Of a stretch of 15,714 nucleotides of DNA, positions 7,612 through 14,921 are shown one piece after another. Position 1 is the first letter of the stretch, and each line of letters starts with the position of its first letter. The stretch lies in contig JANLPS010000362.1 in the NCBI GenBank assembly GCA_031367385.1, forward strand, positions 1-15,714, written 5' to 3'. Under the pieces are notes generated by a model. The model made no database searches, was not told the DNA's origin, and saw only the letters and a list, made by a program, of their open reading frames with translations. Source of the DNA: Archangium sp. (lineage in GTDB: Bacteria > Myxococcota > Myxococcia > Myxococcales > Myxococcaceae). The position numbers and the translations under genes are program-made.

Positions 7612-8889
7612 TCATGCGGCGTTCGCCTCACGCGACGAGACGAGGTGCGCCACTGCCGCACGCCCCGCCTGCCGGCCAAAGGTCGCCGCGTCGCGCACGG
7701 TACCCGCGCCCAGATACCCACCCGCCAAGAACACCCCGTCACGCTCGACCGCCGCCCGCAGCGCAGCGACCCTCGCAGCATGCCCGAGCCTGGGAGGCGT
7801 GAACCCGCGCTCCCATCGCTCGACATGAAACACCGCCTCGGCGCGGCCGCCCGTCAGCCGCCGCAGATCTGCGTCGATGCCAGCCTTCATCGCAGCGTCA
7901 TCTAGCCCGACCCGCTCGGGATGCCACGCCCCACCGACGAACGAGGCGAACTGCGCAGGCCTTGTCGGGTCGAGTGAGCCGGTGAAGATGCACCCCAACG
8001 AGAACAACCCATCAGCCGGGTTCGCCAAATACCCAAATCCGTTCGGCAATCTCGACTCGGCCCCAGTCCAGTGAACGACGGCAATCGAGACCTGCTCGAA
8101 GCGGGGCACCGCGGGCTCCAACACTGACTGCAGCGCTGAGGGCGCCGTCGCAACCACCACGGCCTCGGCGACCAGATCACCGGTGACGTGCCACCCCGCA
8201 GCCGATCTTCGAAGCCGACCCGCAGGCCGCGCGAGGTGCTCGACCGCGGCGACTGCCCGCCTGCCAATCGACGAGAACCCATGCCGAAGGCGATACGACA
8301 CCGGCCGGCCAGGCACCCGTTTGGTGCCCTTGATCAACCCGCGAAGCACCGACCCGTGCGCGCGCTCAGCCTCGACCCACGCCGGGAGCGCGCTCTTCGC
8401 CTCGAGCTCGTCAATCGGAGTCGCGAACACGCCGGTCAACGCCGTCGCTGCGACCCGCTCGGTGAACGAACGACCAAACCGACGCTCGAGAAAGGCCTGC
8501 ACTGATTCACCATCGGCTCCAGCGGGCCCGCCGCCGAGCAGCTCACGGCAAAGCGACGCCCGTTCGCGCCAGGTCAGCGCTTGGGTGGTCAGCAGGCTCT
8601 TCGGCGAAGGCGAAATCGCGCACAGCTGCCCATCACGCACCAGATACCGCGGCAGCCCCGAAGGCAGCGGCAGCACCTCGCTGATCAGCTGCAGCTGTTC
8701 GAGCACCCACCACACGTCACTCGCCGAGCCCAGCAAGCTCTGCGGCCCGACCTCATGCCCCTTGACCGTGCGGAGCAGCCCACCAGGAGCAGGGTCGACC
8801 AGCACCACCGAGCGACCGGCGGCGCGTACCTCGAGCGCTGCAGCGATGCCGGCCATGCCAGCGCCGACGACCGCGACGTCAACCTGCAT
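7612..8889 (-). CDS. hemY: FAD-dependent protoporphyrinogen oxidase (HemY/PgoX family)
   Basis: N-terminal VAVVGAGMAGIAAA dinucleotide fold, GG..RT, EVGPQS, ESVQAFLERRFG, GFGYL, LGCIF and C-terminal LAGGY..G. Sits directly downstream of hemE with an 11-nt overlap. Confidence 0.88.
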   Translation of the reverse strand: MQVDVAVVGAGMAGIAAALEVRAAGRSVVLVDPAPGGLLRTVKGHEVGPQSLLGSASDVWWVLEQLQLISEVLPLPSGLPRYLVRDGQLCAISPSPKSLLTTQALTWRERASLCRELLGGGPAGADGESVQAFLERRFGRSFTERVAATALTGVFATPIDELEAKSALPAWVEAERAHGSVLRGLIKGTKRVPGRPVSYRLRHGFSSIGRRAVAAVEHLARPAGRLRRSAAGWHVTGDLVAEAVVVATAPSALQSVLEPAVPRFEQVSIAVVHWTGAESRLPNGFGYLANPADGLFSLGCIFTGSLDPTRPAQFASFVGGAWHPERVGLDDAAMKAGIDADLRRLTGGRAEAVFHVERWERGFTPPRLGHAARVAALRAAVERDGVFLAGGYLGAGTVRDAATFGRQAGRAAVAHLVSSREANAA

Positions 8890-9913
8890 GGGCCGAAACC
8901 TCGGCGCAGAGCGCAGCGACGTTGGCCTCGGGCGTGCCGGGCAAGATGCCGTGACCCAGGTTCACGATGCACCCGCGCGTGCCAATCGCGTCGAGCTCGG
9001 CGAGCAGCGCCCGGGTCTTCGCCCGCACCACCTCTTCACTCGCGAACAACAGCACCGGGTCGAGCTGCCCCTGCAACACCTTGCCCGGCAGGGCGGCCCG
9101 GGCTTCCGAGAACGACGTTCTCCAGTCGAGTGAAATGCCGTCGACCTCGACCTCGCGCAACACCTCGAGCAAGTGCATGCCGCCCTTGATGAACAAGATG
9201 ACTGGCTTGCCGCTCTTACGAATGAGCGCCGCGGCGCGATTCAGCGCGGGCACGGCGAACGCCCGGTAATCTTCTCGGCTCAGCAGCCCGCCCCAGGTGT
9301 CGAAGAGCTGCACTGCGTCGGCTCCGGCGTCGAGCTGCGCCAGACACAACTGCGCGGCGGCGTCGGCCAGCACGTTGAGGGCGTCGCGAGCCAGACCCGG
9401 GTCAGTGGCCATCAAGCTGCGGGCGAGTCGAAAATCATCACTGCCGCCGCCCTCGACGCAATACGAGAACAAGGTGAACGGGGCTCCCGCGAAGCCCAGC
9501 AGGCCCCACTGGCCTTCCAGCGCGTGATGCAGGTGTTTCACCGCGGCCGGCAGAAATTGCAGCCGGTCCATCAGATTGGCGGTGTTCCACCCACGCAGGT
9601 CTTCGCGCGAGCGCATCGTCTTGGTGAAGACCGGGCCCTCACCCTTCTCGAACGAGACCCCAGCCCCCAGCGCTTGGGGAATGACGAGAATGTCGCTGAA
9701 CACAATCGCCGCATCGAGGGCGAATTTTCGCAGCGGCTCGAGCGCGACGGTGGTCGACAGCGCGGGGGTCTGACAGACCTCCCAGAAGCCGTGCTCCGCC
9801 CGAACGGCTCGGTATTCAGACAGATAGCGGCCGGCCTGCCGCATCAACCACACCGGTGGCCGGTCGACCGGGCGCTGCTGAAGGGCCGCTAGAAATCGCT
9901 CTCGACGCTGCAT
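8879..9913 (-). CDS. hemE: Uroporphyrinogen decarboxylase
   Basis: Motifs PVWLMRQAGRYL.EY, DAAIVFSDIL, GFAGAPFTL..Y, QLFDTWGG and NLGHGI. Confidence 0.98.
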   Translation of the reverse strand: MQRRERFLAALQQRPVDRPPVWLMRQAGRYLSEYRAVRAEHGFWEVCQTPALSTTVALEPLRKFALDAAIVFSDILVIPQALGAGVSFEKGEGPVFTKTMRSREDLRGWNTANLMDRLQFLPAAVKHLHHALEGQWGLLGFAGAPFTLFSYCVEGGGSDDFRLARSLMATDPGLARDALNVLADAAAQLCLAQLDAGADAVQLFDTWGGLLSREDYRAFAVPALNRAAALIRKSGKPVILFIKGGMHLLEVLREVEVDGISLDWRTSFSEARAALPGKVLQGQLDPVLLFASEEVVRAKTRALLAELDAIGTRGCIVNLGHGILPGTPEANVAALCAEVSAHAG

Positions 9914-9946
9914 GGGCCCAAGTCGTAGCCAGGGCGGGCCAGGCTT

Positions 9947-9964
9947 CTGTCACAAGTCGGTCAT
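9947..9964. promoter_or_regulatory. Candidate OmpR/PhoB-type binding site (7-bp direct repeat, 11-bp period) in the divergent hemE/hemD gap
   Basis: CTGTCAC-AAGT-CGGTCAT matches the E. coli Pho box consensus CTGTCAT-A(A/T)A(T/A)-CTGTCA(C/T) at 15 of 18 positions. Confidence 0.55.
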
Positions 9965-10007
9965 GCGAGCTGCCAGTGCCCCCGCCGCGCCGGGTAGGGT
10001 CACCGCG

Positions 10008-10733
10008 GTGTTGACCTGGGCCATTACCCGCGCGGCGCGTGAATCGAACGCGCTGGTTGATCAGCTGACGACGCAGGGCCTCCACGCCCTGGCGTTGCCG
10101 TGCATCGAGCGCTCGACCAGACCAGTCTCGGCGTGGCGCCCACCAGGCCAGCGGGTCATCGTGCTCACCAGCGTGGCCGCGGTCGAGGCGGTCTCCGACG
10201 AGTTGGTGGCCTCAGCCCCCGCTCACCTCGCCGCGCTCTCGCCTCACACCAGCGCCGCGCTCGCGAAGCTCGAGCTCACGGCCACCATCGAATCGAGTGA
10301 AGGCGTGGTCGCGCTCGCGCAGGCCATCGCTCGGTCGCTCGACGTGTGGAACATTCGCGCCGCCAGCTTCTGGTACCCCACGAGCTCAGCGGGCCACGAC
10401 GCCCCCGAGCAGGCCGAGGCGATCGCCGCGCTGACGCCCTATGGCCCGGTCACCCGAGTCGCCGCCTACGACGTGGCCGCGCCCAGCGGGCTGATTGATC
10501 AGCTCCGCACCTTGCCGCGAGAAGTGGGAGTGCTCTTCAGCAGCCCCTCGGCGGTGAAGCACTTCATCACGGCCCATGAAAAGCTCGGGCTCACCCCGTC
10601 GGTTCGGCTCGCCGCCTGCTGGGGTGACTCGACCCGTCGTGCGGCCCAAGCCCATTTCTCACGCACCCACCTCTTGCCCCGAGCGCGAAATCTGGCCGAC
10701 GCGCTGCGCGAACTGGAGCTCTCCCATGGCTGA
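10008..10733 (+). CDS. hemD: Uroporphyrinogen-III synthase
   Basis: WAITR at the N-terminus, LPCIE, VLTSVAAV, RVAAYDV, LFSSPSAV and CWGDST (cf. IG.TT). Start re-assigned to GTG at 10008 (TTG 10011 or ATG 9963 are alternatives). 8-nt overlap with hemB. Confidence 0.85.
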   Translation: MLTWAITRAARESNALVDQLTTQGLHALALPCIERSTRPVSAWRPPGQRVIVLTSVAAVEAVSDELVASAPAHLAALSPHTSAALAKLELTATIESSEGVVALAQAIARSLDVWNIRAASFWYPTSSAGHDAPEQAEAIAALTPYGPVTRVAAYDVAAPSGLIDQLRTLPREVGVLFSSPSAVKHFITAHEKLGLTPSVRLAACWGDSTRRAAQAHFSRTHLLPRARNLADALRELELSHG

Positions 10734-11697
10734 GTCCTTTCCCTCCACCCGGCTTCGAAGACTGCGCCGTACGCCCGCCATTCGCCGGCTGGTGCGCGAG
10801 GTCGATGTCTCGCTCTCGCACCTGGTGCAGCCGTACTTCGTCGTCAGCGGCCGCGGGGTGGAGCGCGAGACCCGGCCGGGCAGCGGCCTGTGGCAGATGT
10901 CGGGTGATGTCATCGCCGAAGAGACGCGCCAGCTGCACAAGGCGGGCGTCGGCGGCGTGATGCTGTTCGGCGTACCCGACGAGAAATGGGCCGAGGCTGA
11001 CCCGCTCGCCCCTTCACTCTCGACGTTGCTCGATGCCGTGAAGCAGCTTCGCTCGGCCTGTGCCGAAGCGGTGATCATGGCCGACGTGTGCCTCTGCAGC
11101 CTGACAGATCACGGTCACTGCGGCGTGGTGGTTGATCAGCAGATCGACAACGACGCCTCGCTGCCGAAGTTGGCCGAGATGTCGGTGGCCCTGGCCCGCG
11201 CCGGAGTCGATTTCGTCTGCCCCAGCGACATGATGGACGGCCGAGTCGGCTTCATTCGCCGCGCGCTCGACGAGGCGAGCTTCAAAGACGTGGGCATCGT
11301 CGCCTATTCGATCAAGATGGCGTCGGCGTTCTACGGCCCGTTTCGCGCGGCCGCCAACAGCGCTCCAGCGTTCGGAGACCGGGCCAGCTACCAGATGCCA
11401 GCCTCGAACCGCCGCGAGGCCCTGCGCGAATTGCAGCTCGACGTCGACGAGGGGGCTGATCTGCTGCTGATCAAACCGGCGCTCTCGAACCTCGATCTCA
11501 TTCGCGACGCGCGCGAGACGACCCAGCACCCGCTCGTCGCGTACCAGGTGTCGGGTGAGTTCGCGATGGTGCGGGCCGCGGCCGATGCCGGCCTGCTCGA
11601 CTTCGAGCGCACGATGACCGAGATGCTGACTTCGATTCGCCGCGCGGGGGCTGACCTCATCATCTCGTACGACACCCGACGGCGCGCCGGGCTATAG
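10726..11697 (+). CDS. hemB: Porphobilinogen synthase (ALA dehydratase), Zn-binding Cys type
   Basis: RLRRLR, DVCLCSLTDHGHCG (three Zn-ligand Cys), PSDMMDGRV, YSIKMASAFYGPFR, LIKP and AYQVSGEF. ATG at 10726 with GGAG at 10715-10718; 323 aa. Confidence 0.98.
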   Translation: MAESFPSTRLRRLRRTPAIRRLVREVDVSLSHLVQPYFVVSGRGVERETRPGSGLWQMSGDVIAEETRQLHKAGVGGVMLFGVPDEKWAEADPLAPSLSTLLDAVKQLRSACAEAVIMADVCLCSLTDHGHCGVVVDQQIDNDASLPKLAEMSVALARAGVDFVCPSDMMDGRVGFIRRALDEASFKDVGIVAYSIKMASAFYGPFRAAANSAPAFGDRASYQMPASNRREALRELQLDVDEGADLLLIKPALSNLDLIRDARETTQHPLVAYQVSGEFAMVRAAADAGLLDFERTMTEMLTSIRRAGADLIISYDTRRRAGL

Positions 11698-11705
11698 CTT
11701 TGGGC

Positions 11706-11831
11706 ATGGCTGATGATCTGCGACCACCCGGCGGCTCGAAGCGCGCCAAGATTCTCGTCTTCGCCTTGCTGATCGCCTCGGTCATCTCGGCTGGCGCGTT
11801 GATCTCCTTGCGAGTGCTGCTCTGGCGGTAG
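11706..11831 (+). CDS. Small single-pass membrane protein, 41 aa (not in ORF track)
   Basis: MADDLRPPGGSKRAKILVFALLIASVISAGALISLRVLLWR*: basic patch followed by about 20 hydrophobic residues. Fills the hemB-lipoprotein gap in the same orientation as both neighbours. Confidence 0.6.
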   Translation: MADDLRPPGGSKRAKILVFALLIASVISAGALISLRVLLWR

Positions 11832-11848
11832 GCTATGCTGCTCGTCAC

Positions 11849-12685
11849 ATGAAAATCGTGCGATTGGGTGTGTTGGCGTTGGCCGCGTGCGGTGCTCCGG
11901 TTGGCAACGTCTCCTTCACCACCAAAGGCGACAGCTCGGTGACCGAACCGATACCCGCTGATTCACCCAGCAAGGCCGGTTTCGTCGACGGGTGGTCGGT
12001 GAAGCTGAAGAAGACGTTGGTGATCATCAAAGAGACCACGATCACCGACTCGACGGGCAAGGTCATCTTCAAGCAGCCCAGTGGGTTGCTCTACGACCTG
12101 AACCGCGCCGGGCCTTTCCCCGTGCAAGACGCGACTGACTTGCTGGCGAAGAAGTACGCCAAGGTGAGCTACGCCATCGGGTTCGACCCGCAATTTCAAA
12201 TCGTGAACATGGATGCGGCCACCGTGCCCGACGCGGCCTTGATGCGAAACAATTCGTTCGGCGTTTACATCGAGGGCACCGCCACCAAAGGCACGACCAG
12301 CAAAGAATTTCAGTGGGGCTTCGCGACCGATACGCTCTACGACGACTGCAGCGATGCGGCATCGGGGGGCGCCGGAGTCACCGTCAAAGCGGGCGCGATC
12401 GAGGCCGTCGAGCTGAGCATTCACGCCGACCACCTGTTTCTCGACAGCCTGACCGCCGAGTCAGGCAAGCTGCGCTTCGACGCGCTGGCCAACGCCGACA
12501 AACCGGTCGATGGCACCATCACCCAAGACGAGCTCAAAAACGTTCAGCTGAGCGCGGTGCCGTCGATGCCGTACGTGGTCGGCGGGGCCACCGAGGTGAA
12601 GACCCTGGCCGACTTTGTGCTCGCGGCGAGCCGCAACATCGGTCACTACCGTGGCGGCGGAGAGTGCACCGTCAAGGCCCGGTGA
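11849..12685 (+). CDS. Putative lipoprotein of unknown function
   Basis: Signal peptide MKIVRLGVLALAA-C with lipobox LAAC; beta-rich body with HADHLF and DGTITQDEL segments. Confidence 0.8.
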   Translation: MKIVRLGVLALAACGAPVGNVSFTTKGDSSVTEPIPADSPSKAGFVDGWSVKLKKTLVIIKETTITDSTGKVIFKQPSGLLYDLNRAGPFPVQDATDLLAKKYAKVSYAIGFDPQFQIVNMDAATVPDAALMRNNSFGVYIEGTATKGTTSKEFQWGFATDTLYDDCSDAASGGAGVTVKAGAIEAVELSIHADHLFLDSLTAESGKLRFDALANADKPVDGTITQDELKNVQLSAVPSMPYVVGGATEVKTLADFVLAASRNIGHYRGGGECTVKAR

Positions 12686-14304
12686 GCCTCCTCGACGAGC
12701 TCATCGCTGCCCGAAGCCGTGGCGACGCCAGCGGCGCGCTGACGTACGCGCTCAGCGAATGGCATCGCACCAAGCACCCGCGCGTGGCCGACGTCATCGA
12801 CGTGCTCGGAGCCGAGGCGCTGATCACCTTCTCGCCCCCAAAGACCAGAACCAAAGAGACGTTTCATCAAGCCTGGCTCGAGGTCGCCCGCGAACATGAC
12901 GAGGCGGCGACCGGGTGGCTGGCGCAGACGCTGACCCAGCGACTGCCAATCGAAGAAGATCATCGCGGCATTCTTCGCGACGATTACACGCAGACCAAGT
13001 ACGCCGCGCTCTTCGAGCGGTTGAACGCCCTGGGCCGCCGGGTGCCTGACCCGCGAATCGCCTCGGCGCTGTGCGCGATGCTCGAGACCCCCACCTTCGC
13101 CGTATGGGACTTGGAGCGCACCCGGCCGATCTATTCGCCGATCGCCGAGCTGATCAGCGGGCAGGGTGACGTGCGGTGCATCGAGCGGCTCCAGGCGCTG
13201 CAGCGGGCCCCGCGGGCGGCGAAGGGTATTCTGCGTGAGGTCGTCGCTGAGCTGATCGACCCGTTGATCACCGCGCTGCGAAGGGTCGACGTCGTCAAGC
13301 TCGATGAGCCCGAGGGGTGGCAGCAGCTGCTGCCCGTGTACCCCGTGGGGGTGGCCGACGAACGGCCCCTGCTCGAGGCCGTGTACGCACAGCCTTCGAA
13401 CGAGCGGCTCAGGGCGGTGTACGCCGACGCGCTGCTCGAGCGAGGTGACCCTCGGGGTGAATTCATTTCGCTGCAGTTGCTGCGCGACCCGAGCTCCAAG
13501 CAGATCAAGCGCATGAATTCGCTGCTGAAGAGCCACCGCGCACAGTGGTTGGGCACGCTTTCGAACGTGTTGACGCGGCCGGTTTTCGCAGGAGGGTTTC
13601 TTCAGAGTGCCGAGCTGGCGCAGAGCTCGGTCGCCACCGAAGAAGCCTGGCAGGCAGCGGCCCGGGCCGAGGGCCTGGCCACCATCGAGTCGCTGTTTCA
13701 GGGGCGCGGCACGGCGAACCATTACACCGAATTTCTCACCTCGGGAGCGTTGCGAAGCCTCAAGCGGCTCGACCTGCCTTCATACAAGCTCTTGTGGCTG
13801 CTCGAGAAACAGCCGCTGTCGCAAGGGCTCGAGCATCTGGTGCTCCCCGAGCGGGGTTCGGTGAAGCACCTGGTGAAGATCGGAGCGCTGCCGTTGCCCT
13901 CGCTGCGAACGTTGACCACGCCGATTGAAGCGGGCGAGACCGCCGAGTGGGTCGACTCGTTGATCAAGGGCCGGTTGATCGGCCGAATCACCCGGTACGA
14001 GGTGACCGCGCAATGGGGCACGGCGCTGCCTTTGATTCGCGAGGTGTTCTCGAGGTGGCCGGTGCTCGAGGCGAGTGCGCTCTCGCTGCAAGACGTGATC
14101 GAAGTGCAGCGACGCGAGAAGGGGCTCGCGCTCACCTTTTCGAATGCGGTTTTCGATGAAGCGATGGCGGTGTGGTCGTCGCTCCCGCAACCGGTGACCG
14201 AGGTGCGGGTGCGCACTCTGCGACACTGGCCCGTCAAAGACGTCGGGGCCCTGAGGGCGCTGGTTGAAGGGCGCTCGGCGACCTTGCAGATTGATGACAG
14301 CTGA
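12682..14304 (+). CDS. TIGR02996-like (repeat-companion) domain protein with LRR-like C-terminal region
   Basis: GTG at 12682 overlaps the lipoprotein TGA (GTGA); 540 aa. Central LLEAVYAQPSNERLRAVYADALLERGDPRGEFISLQL matches my recollection of the TIGR02996 pattern; LRSLKRLDL, LEHLVL and LPSLRTL are LRR-like. Confidence 0.8.
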   Translation: MSLLDELIAARSRGDASGALTYALSEWHRTKHPRVADVIDVLGAEALITFSPPKTRTKETFHQAWLEVAREHDEAATGWLAQTLTQRLPIEEDHRGILRDDYTQTKYAALFERLNALGRRVPDPRIASALCAMLETPTFAVWDLERTRPIYSPIAELISGQGDVRCIERLQALQRAPRAAKGILREVVAELIDPLITALRRVDVVKLDEPEGWQQLLPVYPVGVADERPLLEAVYAQPSNERLRAVYADALLERGDPRGEFISLQLLRDPSSKQIKRMNSLLKSHRAQWLGTLSNVLTRPVFAGGFLQSAELAQSSVATEEAWQAAARAEGLATIESLFQGRGTANHYTEFLTSGALRSLKRLDLPSYKLLWLLEKQPLSQGLEHLVLPERGSVKHLVKIGALPLPSLRTLTTPIEAGETAEWVDSLIKGRLIGRITRYEVTAQWGTALPLIREVFSRWPVLEASALSLQDVIEVQRREKGLALTFSNAVFDEAMAVWSSLPQPVTEVRVRTLRHWPVKDVGALRALVEGRSATLQIDDS

Positions 14305-14321
14305 GTAGACCCCCACGCACG

Positions 14322-14921
14322 ATGCTCGACGCGATCATTCTAGACCTCGGCAACGTGCTCGCGTTTCACGACAACGAATTGTTGTTCGCGAACATGGCCA
14401 AGGCGTTTCACACGACGCCCGAGGCGATGCGCGCCCGCCTCGACGGCGGCCTGTGGGACCGGGTGAATCGCGGAGGGCTCCCAGGCGGGCAGCTGCTGAA
14501 CGAGCTCAACGCGCGGCTCTCGGGCTCGCTGACCCTCAGCGAGTGGCTGCGGTTGTGGAACTGCCATTTCACCGTGAACCAGCCGATGGTCGACGTGGTC
14601 GAGCGGTTGATCGGCCGGGTGAAGCTGGTGCTGTTGTCGAACACGCATGATCAGCACGTTGGGTATCTGCGGCCGCTGCTGCCGGTGCTCGAGCGCTTCG
14701 ATGGGCTGACCCTGTCGTACGAGGTCGGAGCGGTGAAGCCCGAGCGCGTCATCTACGAGCACGCGCTGAAGTTGGCCGGCACTGCGCCCGAGCGCACGGT
14801 GTTCTTCGACGACGTCGCTCGCTACGCCGAGGCCGCCTCGCAGGTCGGCATGCATGGCCGGGTCTTCACCACGCACGTCGATTTCATCAACCAGCTGGCG
14901 AAGCTCGGGTTCAGGGTATGA
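14322..14921 (+). CDS. HAD-superfamily phosphatase (YihX-like)
   Basis: Motif I ILDLGNVL, motif II LSNT, motif III SYEVGAVKP and motif IV FFDD...A...GM. Confidence 0.9.
   Translation: MLDAIILDLGNVLAFHDNELLFANMAKAFHTTPEAMRARLDGGLWDRVNRGGLPGGQLLNELNARLSGSLTLSEWLRLWNCHFTVNQPMVDVVERLIGRVKLVLLSNTHDQHVGYLRPLLPVLERFDGLTLSYEVGAVKPERVIYEHALKLAGTAPERTVFFDDVARYAEAASQVGMHGRVFTTHVDFINQLAKLGFRV

Noticed and set aside
1447..8889. Coproporphyrin-dependent (HemY-HemH-ChdC) pathway
   Set aside because: No chdC/hemQ in the window and hemF is present, pointing to the protoporphyrin-dependent route; a chdC elsewhere in the genome cannot be excluded.
3359..9892. Long antisense or alternate-frame ORFs (e.g. 3359..4372, 4333..5376, 5426..6319, 6871..7905, 8183..9133)
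   Set aside because: Typical shadow ORFs of high-GC coding DNA; no recognisable motifs and they overlap well-supported genes.
9912..10007. hemD starting at ATG 9912, overlapping the hemE start codon
   Set aside because: Would leave no promoter space for either arm; HemD-like sequence begins at about 10008.
12313..12681. Arg-rich N-terminal extension of the 663-aa ORF
   Set aside because: Alternate-frame read-through of the lipoprotein gene; the GTGA overlap at 12682 marks the likely start.
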